Below, piece after piece: positions 1 through 9,193 of a stretch of 64,000 nt of DNA. Both the position numbers and the translations under genes were made by a program. Positions within the stretch are counted from its first letter, which is position 1; each line of letters opens with the position of its first letter. This DNA is from a virus: IMG/VR virus record IMGVR_UViG_3300021425_000005, one strand, 5' to 3'. The notes beneath the pieces are model-generated. The model did no database searches, had not been told where the DNA came from, and saw only the letters and a list, made by a program, of their open reading frames with translations.

Positions 1-412
1 GCTCAATGATACGCAATCCATCTTCCTGATTTTTAGCAAAAAGATATAAGTTTAATGTCAAATCATATGGCGTCGAAACAAAGGTCTTCGCCACTGATGT
101 CGCCACATTTGTTGCTTTTTTGTGGACTTGAATAGGAGAGATTTTTCTTTGAGCATCATATTGTAATGCTGAAATTTCAAACCCCATGCGAGGAAGAACG
201 ATAGCTGTTTCTCCACGAGACTCTACTGTAGGAATCTGCTCAATACGCGACAAAAACTTTTGCTTTGTTGAATATGCAAGTGGAACTCTCAATGTTTGAA
301 CAATATCACCATCAGCATTTTTTCGTTCAATGTTGATATTATTGAAGACTGTTCCGAAAGCAATAATTGCTTTACGAATATGCTCGTTATAAAATGTCTT
401 ACCTTTAAACAT
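1..412 (-). CDS. gp15: Tail sheath stabilizer/tail terminator gp15 (runs off the window edge)
   Basis: Not in the ORF track. Read by hand from ATG at 412: MFKGKTFYNEHIRKAIIAFGTVFNNINIERK...VPLAYSTKQKF...LPRMGFEI...PYDL, a T4 gp15-type N-terminus. TAATG-coupled to gp14. Confidence 0.9.
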   Translation of the reverse strand, partial: MFKGKTFYNEHIRKAIIAFGTVFNNINIERKNADGDIVQTLRVPLAYSTKQKFLSRIEQIPTVESRGETAIVLPRMGFEISALQYDAQRKISPIQVHKKATNVATSVAKTFVSTPYDLTLNLYLFAKNQEDGLRIIE

Positions 413-1155
413 TATAACTCTCCAAACGGATTAGATTCAGTAAAATCAAGAATATTACTTGCAACTTCTTCTGTATCGAAATCAGAGTTATCACCCTGAA
501 CAGAAGGTTTGATAGAGTAATCTTCTTTGATTAATGAACCGCCATCTTCAAGTTTAAGCATACCTGAACCATCTTCAAGGATAAGTTCGAACAACAACTG
601 ATCAACAGTGTTATCATCTTCGAGTTGGTCAATATCACTATAACCAGTTTCGATTTCTTCAGAGCTGTATTCAAACAGCTCACACTGCATACGGAAAACA
701 TAGATTTGACCGAGTTGATAGAATGGATCCTGAAACTCAACAAACTTTATTTCAAACAACGAGCGTGTTTTGGGGAAATAAAGTAAGTCACCCTCAGAAG
801 GTCTGTCATCTAATGTGAATGTTCCACCGCTCGTATCAACAAGTTGTTGCCAGCGTCTGCGAGAAAGAACGAAAGTTGCTTGGTCACGAACTTCTAAACC
901 GAATCTTTGAAATAACTCACCATCTCCACCGAAACCGTCAACATTTTCCATATACATTTCGAGCGGATATGCTTGTTCAAACTTTGACAATTCATCTTCA
1001 TCGAAAATAGTATCTCTGTTTACAAGAGTTCTTGGCATGTAATAAATGTCATGCCCATAAATTTTCAACGATTCAATGATGAGATCCTCTACTAGACGCT
1101 GTTCGCTAGTAGTTCCAGATGTATCTCCGCTTTGAAAATAGAAATTAGTTGCCAT
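412..1155 (-). CDS. gp14: Neck protein gp14
   Basis: EQRLVEDLIIESLKIYG, RPSEGDLLYFP, PFYQLG and C-terminal LDFTESNPFG motifs; 13-14-15 synteny. Confidence 0.92.
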   Translation of the reverse strand: MATNFYFQSGDTSGTTSEQRLVEDLIIESLKIYGHDIYYMPRTLVNRDTIFDEDELSKFEQAYPLEMYMENVDGFGGDGELFQRFGLEVRDQATFVLSRRRWQQLVDTSGGTFTLDDRPSEGDLLYFPKTRSLFEIKFVEFQDPFYQLGQIYVFRMQCELFEYSSEEIETGYSDIDQLEDDNTVDQLLFELILEDGSGMLKLEDGGSLIKEDYSIKPSVQGDNSDFDTEEVASNILDFTESNPFGEL

Positions 1156-1157
1156 GA

Positions 1158-2120
1158 TTACCCTGTCATAAAGGTTGGTGGTAATTCATATCTAATTTGC
1201 ATTTCCTCTTCGATTGTTGCGATTTCTTGAACAGCCTCACCATAAATTTGATCGCCATTGAGTGTAACACCTCCAGGAAGTTGGATGCCACCAAACTTCT
1301 TCATGTTCTCACCCCATTGGCGTTTGATCAAAGCTGTAGCATATTTCTTCAGCCACATATCATCATAAACTTCAGTGTAATCAGTTCCGCTGACAAGAGC
1401 ATAACCCTCAGCAATTACATAATCTCCGACATCAAATGTTTTATCCATGTCTGTGTCGATATATAATCTGTTGGTCTTACGATTGAACCGAACTTGACGA
1501 TCGGTGACAAACAAACTTTCTAAGACATTCATATGAGTTTTAACCATAGAAAAATATGTCACATCTGCACTTAGAAGATTATACATATCATTCAAAGAGA
1601 ATTGATAATCAACATCAAACAGACCATCTGATTTTGCACCAGCTGTTGCGCCAAATTTGAACATCTTTGTAATACCAAGAATATTGTCACCAATAGGAAC
1701 ATATCCGTTTTCAAGATCTCCAGGAGTAAAGGCATCAACAGCAGAAGAAGAAGCACTATAACCTGATTCTGCGCCAGTTAAAGTTTCTGATTCTTGAAAA
1801 GTTCCTTTTACATCATCAACAGTAAGAACTGAACCTGATGCTGCTTGTATTTTAGCAGTAGCACCAGATGTCCCACCTGTAACCTTTTCCCCAACTGTAA
1901 AGTTTGAAGCAAAGTTTGCTGAAAGATTCAATGACGAACCTGTGAGTTGGCGTTTAATGTAAACCCTTTCGACACCATCAAAGTGATACTCTTGCCACAT
2001 TTGTAATGCGTCATCGATACGATCGCTTATCTGGTCATCGTCTACATTGATTTCGATTACAGGAAATCCCAATCTTCTTAGGCAGTAATCTATCAAATCT
2101 TGTCTAGAGGCTAATGCCAT
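1158..2120 (-). CDS. gp13: Neck protein gp13
   Basis: LIDYCLRRLGFPVIEINVDDDQ, KRQWGENMKKF, LPGGVTLNG motifs. Confidence 0.93.
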   Translation of the reverse strand: MALASRQDLIDYCLRRLGFPVIEINVDDDQISDRIDDALQMWQEYHFDGVERVYIKRQLTGSSLNLSANFASNFTVGEKVTGGTSGATAKIQAASGSVLTVDDVKGTFQESETLTGAESGYSASSSAVDAFTPGDLENGYVPIGDNILGITKMFKFGATAGAKSDGLFDVDYQFSLNDMYNLLSADVTYFSMVKTHMNVLESLFVTDRQVRFNRKTNRLYIDTDMDKTFDVGDYVIAEGYALVSGTDYTEVYDDMWLKKYATALIKRQWGENMKKFGGIQLPGGVTLNGDQIYGEAVQEIATIEEEMQIRYELPPTFMTG

Positions 2121-2129
2121 AGTTTACTC

Positions 2130-2738
2130 CTATGATTGGTCATAAGCATACAACAGAGCTTTCAGTGCAGTAATTTCTTGTTGAACAAAAGCTGTTGTTG
2201 CGATTTGTGTTGTATTTGTTCCTGTTGAAGCTGTAGGTGCGGTTGGCGTTCCTGTTAATGATGCGCTTGCGAGTGGAGCTTTCGTTGCAAGGCTATTTGT
2301 AATTGTTGTCGAAAAGTTTGCATCATCGCCCAAAGCAGCTGCCAACTCATTGAGAGTATTAAGCGCATCTGGAGCGGAATCAATTGTCAATGCAATTTGA
2401 TCGTTAACATAAGTTCTGGTAGCAATAACAGAGGTATCAACGGCAATAGAACCACTTCCTGCCAATGTAATACCAGTTCCTGCTGATAAGTAGGAGTCTA
2501 TTTCTGCATCAACCCTTGCGTTTGTATAATAAAGGTTGGTAGAGCCTTCAGTTACTTGATCAGTGTCACCTGTAGCATTACTTAGGTCAGCCTTTGCTTG
2601 TTCGTGACCACCAGCGGTTGTGCCGTCGTGAATTCGGAGAGTATAATCAGTTGTGCTAATAGTAAGTTCACCAGCAGCACCAGTGAAATTATCGTTTTGA
2701 GTCTCCGTTCCTCTTCTAAATTGAACCTGTGTTGGCAT
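2130..2738 (-). CDS. Short tail-fibre-like protein (Mtd_N/hyaluronidase-type N-terminus)
   Basis: QVQFRRGT..FTGAAGELT..HDGTTAGG; DSAPDALNTLNELAAALGDD and LTGTPTAPTA..TTQIATTAFV fibre repeats. Confidence 0.75.
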   Translation of the reverse strand: MPTQVQFRRGTETQNDNFTGAAGELTISTTDYTLRIHDGTTAGGHEQAKADLSNATGDTDQVTEGSTNLYYTNARVDAEIDSYLSAGTGITLAGSGSIAVDTSVIATRTYVNDQIALTIDSAPDALNTLNELAAALGDDANFSTTITNSLATKAPLASASLTGTPTAPTASTGTNTTQIATTAFVQQEITALKALLYAYDQS

Positions 2739-2753
2739 CTTTTTATCCTATTT

Positions 2754-3074
2754 TTACGTCAATACGCCTAAATCTGTAGAAGAAACTGAACCTTGTGGTG
2801 TAGTTGAGCAATCAAATGACTGTGATGTAGGGACACCGAAAGCATCCTGAGTCGCACCTGTCAAATCACCGTAATCTCCTGTAGGAAAAGTTGTATTACT
2901 TTGTCCCTCAGATGGTTCTAGATAATTAGCAAGAGTTGTAATATTACCGTTTGAATCGCGCACATAAATGACTTTATCAGGAACATTGATAGCGATTTCA
3001 CCAATCGCCAAGTCTGATGTGGATGGCGCAGATAGGGCAGTATTACTTCGTTTTGGCTTTATTACCGTTGCCAT
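2754..3074 (-). CDS. Small fibre-associated virion protein
   Basis: IKPKRS..APSTSDLAIGEIAIN N-terminal motif shared with the neighbouring fibre. Confidence 0.65.
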   Translation of the reverse strand: MATVIKPKRSNTALSAPSTSDLAIGEIAINVPDKVIYVRDSNGNITTLANYLEPSEGQSNTTFPTGDYGDLTGATQDAFGVPTSQSFDCSTTPQGSVSSTDLGVLT

Positions 3075-3228
3075 AATTATCTTCTAAATCCTCTTGCTCC
3101 ACATTTAGAGCATTAATCTTATCTTGTGCCACAGCTAACTTTGCTTTGAGTAGGATATTCTCCTGATTCAGTTCATTCACTTTACTGGCAAGCACATTTA
3201 TATATTTATTTATCAGTTCTTCATCCAT
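3043..3228 (-). CDS. Small coiled-coil hypothetical protein
   Basis: GGAG SD before MDEELINKYI; heptad pattern. Confidence 0.6.
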   Translation of the reverse strand: MDEELINKYINVLASKVNELNQENILLKAKLAVAQDKINALNVEQEDLEDNYGNGNKAKTK

Positions 3229-3249
3229 AATATTCTCCATCATAAAGTT

Positions 3250-3270
3250 GGGGGGAGAGTTACTCCCCCC
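3250..3270 (-). terminator. GC hairpin after fibre gene (terminator or processing site)
   Basis: GGGGGGAG-TAACT-CTCCCCCC followed by AACTTT on the minus strand. Confidence 0.55.
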
Positions 3271-3277
3271 TTATTTA

Positions 3278-4930
3278 TTAGTATGTTCCACCATCAATCG
3301 TAGCAGCTGCCAGACGAGTGTCAAATGCTGAGTTGAAACGAGAGTCAGTGTAGTAGAGGTTTGTTGAACCTTCAGACAAATCATCAGTGTCATGGTTTGA
3401 CAATGATGAAACTGTGCCAGTTACGTTACCAGTGACATTACCTTCAATATTGGCGACCAAAGTAGCAACAGAATAACCTGTAGCACCTGTGTCAACTGTT
3501 GTAGTTGGAACTGTTTGTGAATCTTTAAAGAGTTTCCATTTACCGCTATCTGAAGCATCGCGGAAGAAACCAGAATAAAGATCCTGAGAACCAGTCGTAT
3601 CATACAAGCCATAGAAACCAATATCAACTGAGTCAGCTGCACCGTTTCCAGAAGCAAGTGAGAACAATGGGTCAGTAACTTCCAAGTTTGTTGTGGCAAC
3701 AGTAGTAGTTGTGCCGTTAACAGTCAAGTTACCAGCGATTGTAACATCGTCTGGAAGACCAACTGTTACAGTGTTACCAGAAACTGCTGTAGTTACTTCG
3801 TTTGCTGTTCCAGAGATTGTAAGCGTTTCACCACCAGCAACAGCATTTGTTGTGCCACTATCAGCAGCAATATCAAAAGATGTTGAGATAGAGTTTGTTG
3901 AAACAGCAGTTACACGACCCTTTGAATCGACTGTGATAGAAGGAACAGCAGAAGATGAACCATAAGAACCAGCGGTTACGCCAGAATCAGCAAGAGTAGC
4001 TGAGATAGTTGCGTTAGCCGAACCATCAAAGTTTGCTGAACCAGTCGCGTCACCTGAAAGTGCGATACTACGAGCAGTCTCGAGAGAAGTAGCAGTTGCG
4101 GCATTACCAGATGTATCCTGATTACCAGCAGCGTTCACACCTGGAAGATTAATATTCGCTGAACCATCAAACGATACGCCGCCGATTGTGCGAGCAGTTT
4201 CAAGAGCAGTAGCTGTGTCAGCATTACCAGTTACATCACCAGTCAAGTCTGCAGTAACAGAAGCGAATGTTACATTAGCATTTGTTGCGACATCCTGACC
4301 GATCGCGATATCGTCAGCATTTACTGTAACACCAGTGCCAGCACCGATATTCAATGTTACATCACCTGAAGTTCCGCCACCTGTAAGACCGTTACCAGCC
4401 GTTACAGACTCAATATCGCCAGCTTCTGCAGCAATATCAAACTCACCAGTTGAAGAATTATATGTGAGGCGTGAACCATCGGCAACACCAACAGCACCGC
4501 GAGCGCGAGTATTAGTGAAGTATTGGTTGGTTGAACCTTCGCTTACTGAATCAGTATCGAATGAGATATTTGCTGTGCCGTCAAAGCTAACACCGTTGAT
4601 TGTGCGAGCAGTTTCAAGGGCAGTGGCAGATGATGCAGTTCCTGTCAAATCAGCAGTAATAGTTCCTGCTGTGAAGTTACCTGAACCATCGCGCTTTACG
4701 ATAGCAGATGCAGTATTTGCATTTGTAGCAGCATCTACAAGGTCTGTATAGTATTTACCACCGATCGCGTGAATAGCAGCAGAACCGCCTTCAGTAGATT
4801 CGATATAAAGTTTAGCGGATGCACCATTATTAGAGTCATCCATTGCATAAGCAAGTTCAGCAAGCGCAAGATCCGAAGTAGTTGGAGCTGTTGCAGCTGT
4901 CGAGCGTTTAATTTGAATGGTTGTAGCCAT
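3278..4930 (-). CDS. Tail fibre protein
   Basis: Thr/Gly/Ala-rich; three ATxLETARxI..FDGxA repeats, two EGSTNxYxT repeats, C-terminal DGGTY. Confidence 0.8.
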   Translation of the reverse strand: MATTIQIKRSTAATAPTTSDLALAELAYAMDDSNNGASAKLYIESTEGGSAAIHAIGGKYYTDLVDAATNANTASAIVKRDGSGNFTAGTITADLTGTASSATALETARTINGVSFDGTANISFDTDSVSEGSTNQYFTNTRARGAVGVADGSRLTYNSSTGEFDIAAEAGDIESVTAGNGLTGGGTSGDVTLNIGAGTGVTVNADDIAIGQDVATNANVTFASVTADLTGDVTGNADTATALETARTIGGVSFDGSANINLPGVNAAGNQDTSGNAATATSLETARSIALSGDATGSANFDGSANATISATLADSGVTAGSYGSSSAVPSITVDSKGRVTAVSTNSISTSFDIAADSGTTNAVAGGETLTISGTANEVTTAVSGNTVTVGLPDDVTIAGNLTVNGTTTTVATTNLEVTDPLFSLASGNGAADSVDIGFYGLYDTTGSQDLYSGFFRDASDSGKWKLFKDSQTVPTTTVDTGATGYSVATLVANIEGNVTGNVTGTVSSLSNHDTDDLSEGSTNLYYTDSRFNSAFDTRLAAATIDGGTY

Positions 4931-4961
4931 TATTCTCTCCTAGTTTTTTATTTTTAATTCT

Positions 4962-5276
4962 TTAAAATGAGCCACCGTCAAAAGTAATATCGCCCTCTCT
5001 TAGAGCTTCACTTAGTGCATCGTCAATTTGTGTGTCAACAGCTTCTGAAACTTTAGTATCGAGTGAAACAGCGTTCCATTTTTCTGTCGTAGCATCATAT
5101 ACGAGTGTTTCGCCAGTAGCAAGACCATCATCACCAACTTCCAAGTTACCGACATTATCTTCAAGTTTGCCGATTTTAATCTTAGAAGAAGCTGAAACAG
5201 TCGCAACAGATTGAGCCCTTGCGCTAACAACTGTTTTTGCTTTATTACTCGCGTTTGAGTTTACCTTAATCTTCAT
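4962..5276 (-). CDS. Small virion structural protein
   Basis: GETLVYDATTEKW and C-terminal DGGSF fibre-type motifs; late operon. Confidence 0.6.
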   Translation of the reverse strand: MKIKVNSNASNKAKTVVSARAQSVATVSASSKIKIGKLEDNVGNLEVGDDGLATGETLVYDATTEKWNAVSLDTKVSEAVDTQIDDALSEALREGDITFDGGSF

Positions 5277-5602
5277 TATTTCGTTACCTGTGGTGTTACA
5301 GTTACAATTCCTTCAACCACACGAAGCGTCTCATCGTTAGAGGCTGCTTCACAATCATACACATAACGACCTGCTTTCAGAGCACCAGTCTCTGTAGCAG
5401 TTAAAGATAATGTTATCTCACCGTCTTCATCCACAGTTGCAACTGTAAAATTGGTTGCTGATGAGCTATAATAGCTCTTTCTCAGCTGGGCTGTCACTGT
5501 ATAATCTGTTAAATCTTTCGCGGATCCATCTGCATTAGTCATTGTAATGTCTAGTGAAAATGTTGTTCCTTGATCGATAACAATGTTGTTTATGGTAGCC
5601 AT
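5276..5602 (-). CDS. Virion structural protein (beta-sandwich, BppU-like)
   Basis: IDQGTTF..DLTDYT..GRYVYD..RVVEGIVTVTPQVT; first gene after a late promoter. Confidence 0.65.
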   Translation of the reverse strand: MATINNIVIDQGTTFSLDITMTNADGSAKDLTDYTVTAQLRKSYYSSSATNFTVATVDEDGEITLSLTATETGALKAGRYVYDCEAASNDETLRVVEGIVTVTPQVTK

Positions 5603-5625
5603 TTTTTCTTTCCCAGATTATAAAC

Positions 5626-5633
5626 TATTTATA
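5626..5633 (-). promoter_or_regulatory. T4-type late promoter TATAAATA
   Basis: Exact consensus upstream of the fibre/neck operon. Confidence 0.8.
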
Positions 5634-5648
5634 AAATAAAGAAACTTC

Positions 5649-5677
5649 TTGACATTGAGCTCAATCATAGGTAATAT
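5649..5677 (+). promoter_or_regulatory. Sigma70-type promoter TTGACA-17-TAATAT
   Basis: Consensus -35, 17-bp spacer; ATG 7 nt after the -10 box. Confidence 0.75.
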
Positions 5678-5684
5678 ATAGGTT

Positions 5685-6374
5685 ATGAAGACTATAATGA
5701 TGTTGTTATATGGTGACAAATACGATTATGATGATGTAAATCGTGTGGTTGCAGCAACTACATGTGAATCAACAAGATATAATTATCTCCTTTACACAGA
5801 TAAACCGAAAATGGAGGGTCTATACCCTGAGATTCAGCGTGTCGGAGTAAATTCTGACTGGGGAACTTTCAATAAAGTCAAGATGTTCGAGCGTTATGAC
5901 TTGGGTCAATGCTTGTATTTAGATCTAGACATTATCATACAACATCCGAATATTGATTCTTTTTTTGACTGGGGATATAAAAAACCTGCCATCTGTAAAA
6001 CTTACTGGAAACCTGAAGGATTTGAGGCTGAACACGGCGGCGGTGATTTCAATTCAAGCGTTATGAGTTGGAATATGTTCGGTGCTGATGAGATCTACCA
6101 ACACTTTATGTCTGACCCTGAATATTGGATAACTAAATACAAAGGTCAAGATGACAAATATTTATTTCACGAACATAAAGATAAGTTTACAACCTACCCT
6201 AAAGGGAAGATTTATTCTTATATGTTTGGTATTAACCATGAAACTGATGAGAGTCCACGCGGAAGAAAGTATCGTCCAGCTTCATCTATCTGTTTATTAA
6301 ATGGTCAACAACATTTTGATTATGATTTGAGGACTGATTACTATACTCACTTTTCTAACAATAAAATGGGGTGA
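5685..6374 (+). CDS. GT-A (DxD) glycosyltransferase-like protein, paralog 1
   Basis: YGDKY, YLDLDIII, FNSSVM, GQDDKYL motifs shared with three downstream paralogs. Confidence 0.7.
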   Translation: MKTIMMLLYGDKYDYDDVNRVVAATTCESTRYNYLLYTDKPKMEGLYPEIQRVGVNSDWGTFNKVKMFERYDLGQCLYLDLDIIIQHPNIDSFFDWGYKKPAICKTYWKPEGFEAEHGGGDFNSSVMSWNMFGADEIYQHFMSDPEYWITKYKGQDDKYLFHEHKDKFTTYPKGKIYSYMFGINHETDESPRGRKYRPASSICLLNGQQHFDYDLRTDYYTHFSNNKMG

Positions 6375-7731
6375 AAAATACTCTGCCGATTATGTGAATA
6401 ATCTTTATGGTATGATTGATGCGAACTATGTCAATCAGTTTCGTATGGTATGTTTTACTGACGAGCCAGAAGGTATTCGCGAACAAGTAGAGATTCACCC
6501 TATCCCTGATGTTGAACCGCTGCATCCAAAGTATTGGTTTGGCGAGGAGAACTATTGCTGGGATCGTAGTAAGTTTCTTTTGTTCAATGCCCAAAAGTGG
6601 TTATCCACCGATGGTCCATTTTGTTACTTTGATTTAGACATTGTCATCCAGAATAGCATTGATGAGTTTTATGAACTGGCATTTCAACCACATATTCTTT
6701 ATTCGCATTGGCAACCAGAAGGTCAGTTGAAAGAAAGAAGGTTTAGAGATCTCAGGGGAACTTACTTCAACTCTAGTTGTATGCTTTGGTGGGCAGACCA
6801 ACCGATAAAAATATACAATGATGTCGTTAATAATCCTGATATTTTCAAAGTGTTCTATAAAGGCTCAGACAACTATCATCAATGGCGACGCCCAGCAGGT
6901 GGAGAGTTCTGGAACTTTTTACCAAATGACTGGTATTACAGTCACAATTACCAAGAAACTAATTACGATGCTAAACTCGCCCTCTTTAATCAAAATATGA
7001 TTGAAGGCGAAGATACGGTTAGTCTTGATGAATGTGAAGATGCCGCTATACTGAATCATTGGTATGGTAAGTATGACATGTATAAAGAATTACCGACTCG
7101 AGTTGTATTAGAACTCACAAACAAGAGTAATGATACTGACAATAAGTTTAATGATATATTTGTTGAAGATGATGAGTTGACATTAGAAGATGTAAAGCGC
7201 ATATTCAAAGATTACAAACTGGAATATGTTACACTATTAAGAACACTAACCAGCCCTGCTCGTTGCAAGGACTATTATAAGATTGTAGACTGGTTTGCTG
7301 ATCGGGGTGCAGAAGTAATAATGCCTTCATTGGAAATCACTGAAGAAAGATATATTGAAGAATTATCAATAGAAGAACCTTCTCATGACATAACAAGAGA
7401 AAACATTGAAACATTCAAACAAACATTTGAATATCGTAACACAGAAAAAGAACAGAAATGGATTATTGATTGTGAGGCAAGAAATGATAACAGCATATAT
7501 GTTAATGCTAAAGGACAAGTGTTTCCCTGTTCATATGTTGCTCGGGATGTATTAGAAAACAGATTATATCCTTTGCACCCGATCGATTACCCCTACAATC
7601 CTAAATACAATAACGCTAAGTCTTTTTCATTGAAAGACATTGTATATAATGATGACTTCGAACATTATAATGAAAGTCTGAAGAAAGACCATTTGAAAAT
7701 TTGTAAAGTGAAGTGTGGAAGATGCGTGTAA
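6343..7731 (+). CDS. GT-A glycosyltransferase-like protein fused to a degenerate radical SAM/SPASM domain, paralog 2 (probable AUA start)
   Basis: KWGEKY lies in frame upstream of the track start 6394; YFDLDIVI, FNSSCM; C-terminal IYVNAKGQVFPCSY..CKVKC. Confidence 0.7.
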   Translation: MLTFLTIKWGEKYSADYVNNLYGMIDANYVNQFRMVCFTDEPEGIREQVEIHPIPDVEPLHPKYWFGEENYCWDRSKFLLFNAQKWLSTDGPFCYFDLDIVIQNSIDEFYELAFQPHILYSHWQPEGQLKERRFRDLRGTYFNSSCMLWWADQPIKIYNDVVNNPDIFKVFYKGSDNYHQWRRPAGGEFWNFLPNDWYYSHNYQETNYDAKLALFNQNMIEGEDTVSLDECEDAAILNHWYGKYDMYKELPTRVVLELTNKSNDTDNKFNDIFVEDDELTLEDVKRIFKDYKLEYVTLLRTLTSPARCKDYYKIVDWFADRGAEVIMPSLEITEERYIEELSIEEPSHDITRENIETFKQTFEYRNTEKEQKWIIDCEARNDNSIYVNAKGQVFPCSYVARDVLENRLYPLHPIDYPYNPKYNNAKSFSLKDIVYNDDFEHYNESLKKDHLKICKVKCGRCV

Positions 7732-8522
7732 ATTTTGTATGTGCTAAGTGGGGCACGAAATATGGACCACATTTTGTCAATCGGTTATGTAACATGGCTC
7801 GCCGCCATTGCCCTGATCAGTTTGACTTTCACTTCTATTGTTACACTGACAATAGTGATGGTCTTCAATCTGATATTAAAGTTATCTCCTTTCCAGATAT
7901 TCCGAACATTCATCCTAAGTATTGGTTTGGCTTGGATGATTTTAAATACGGAATGGCTCGTTGTTGGGATCGCCCAAAAACTTTCGTATTCAACACACAT
8001 AATTTCGCAGAAGATAAACCTACTGGGCGTTTCGTTTTTCTAGACTTAGACGTTATTATTCAGAACGATCTAACTCCTATCATTACATATAATATGGAAC
8101 AACCTACTAAGATGCGATCTTGGTGGCAGGATCCTGCTCCTATGAATACTCGTCGCTTCAAAGTTTCGCACGGCGCATTTACCAATGGAAGTTGTCAGGT
8201 ATGGAGTGATGACCAATGCGAGCCTATCTGGGAAGATGTGTTAAAGTATCAGGATAAGATCTGGTTCACTTATACGGATGGCACTGATAATTATCACAGT
8301 TGGAGATGGCGTGAGTTGTGGGATTATTTTCCGAGCTGGATGGCATATTCCTACAATCGTGGTCGCTCATGGGACGAAGATGATTTGAACGTGGGTATCT
8401 ATCGAGAGAACTGTATCCTTTGTGTATTTAATGTTGACTTATTGCCCTTTGAAGATGGTTCAAGGGGTAGCACCAAGCAAGATGATTTAGTCGATCCGAA
8501 ACTGTTGGAGCATTGGCAATGA
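7722..8522 (+). CDS. GT-A glycosyltransferase-like protein, paralog 3
   Basis: KWGTKY, CYTD, FLDLDVII, NGSC, GTDNYH. Confidence 0.72.
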   Translation: MRVNFVCAKWGTKYGPHFVNRLCNMARRHCPDQFDFHFYCYTDNSDGLQSDIKVISFPDIPNIHPKYWFGLDDFKYGMARCWDRPKTFVFNTHNFAEDKPTGRFVFLDLDVIIQNDLTPIITYNMEQPTKMRSWWQDPAPMNTRRFKVSHGAFTNGSCQVWSDDQCEPIWEDVLKYQDKIWFTYTDGTDNYHSWRWRELWDYFPSWMAYSYNRGRSWDEDDLNVGIYRENCILCVFNVDLLPFEDGSRGSTKQDDLVDPKLLEHWQ

Positions 8523-9193
8523 ACATTTACACAGTAAAGTGGGGAACAAAGTATAGTTCAGAATATGTGAATAAGATTGCATATGATATTGCTGCTGATT
8601 TTCCTGAAGCTGACCGCCAAGTATATTGTATCACTGACGATCCTACGGGGTTAGCTGACTTCGTTACACCGATTTTAATACCTGAAGATAATGACCTTGA
8701 GAAATGGTGGAACAAAATGTATCTGTTCTCACCACTGGTTGAACAGGAAGGAGAAAAACTTTTCTTTGACCTTGATATTCTTATTCAACACGACATCACA
8801 GCATTTGAAAACTTCGATCCTGAAAACTGTTTGGGTATTGTAAAAACTTGGTGGCACGATCTCGAGCGCATGCGCGAAGAAACCAAGCATGTTCCGCATA
8901 AGTTCAGTGATATTAATTCTAGCGTATTGCGTTGGAATGATTCCTTTGATGGTGCAGAGTTGTGGGAATACTTTACTAAATATAAGAAGCAGATTATGTG
9001 GCACTATAGAGGAATTGATAACTTCCTCTGCGACAAGCATGTAATACCAATGAAGATATTTCCTCTCGGCTGGGTTTACAGTTTCAACCAAGGTTATATC
9101 TATCCGCAAGACACCGAGAAGCATGTTTATCGCGAGCTTCCTTATATTTGTTTATTCGACTCTATGGGAAAAGAAGAAGATGTTAAAATTTAA
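8519..9193 (+). CDS. GT-A glycosyltransferase-like protein, paralog 4
   Basis: KWGTKY, CITDD, WWNKMYLF, FFDLDILI, INSSVLRW, GIDNFL. Confidence 0.72.
   Translation: MNIYTVKWGTKYSSEYVNKIAYDIAADFPEADRQVYCITDDPTGLADFVTPILIPEDNDLEKWWNKMYLFSPLVEQEGEKLFFDLDILIQHDITAFENFDPENCLGIVKTWWHDLERMREETKHVPHKFSDINSSVLRWNDSFDGAELWEYFTKYKKQIMWHYRGIDNFLCDKHVIPMKIFPLGWVYSFNQGYIYPQDTEKHVYRELPYICLFDSMGKEEDVKI

Noticed and set aside
3693-4751. Long antisense ORFs over fibre genes (also 13654, 22300, 22970, 33511)
   Set aside because: Expected shadows of Thr/Ala/Gly-rich codon usage; no SD or promoter
2130-4930. Diversity-generating retroelement target (Mtd_N-like N-termini)
   Set aside because: No reverse transcriptase and no TR/VR pair with adenine-specific differences seen in the window
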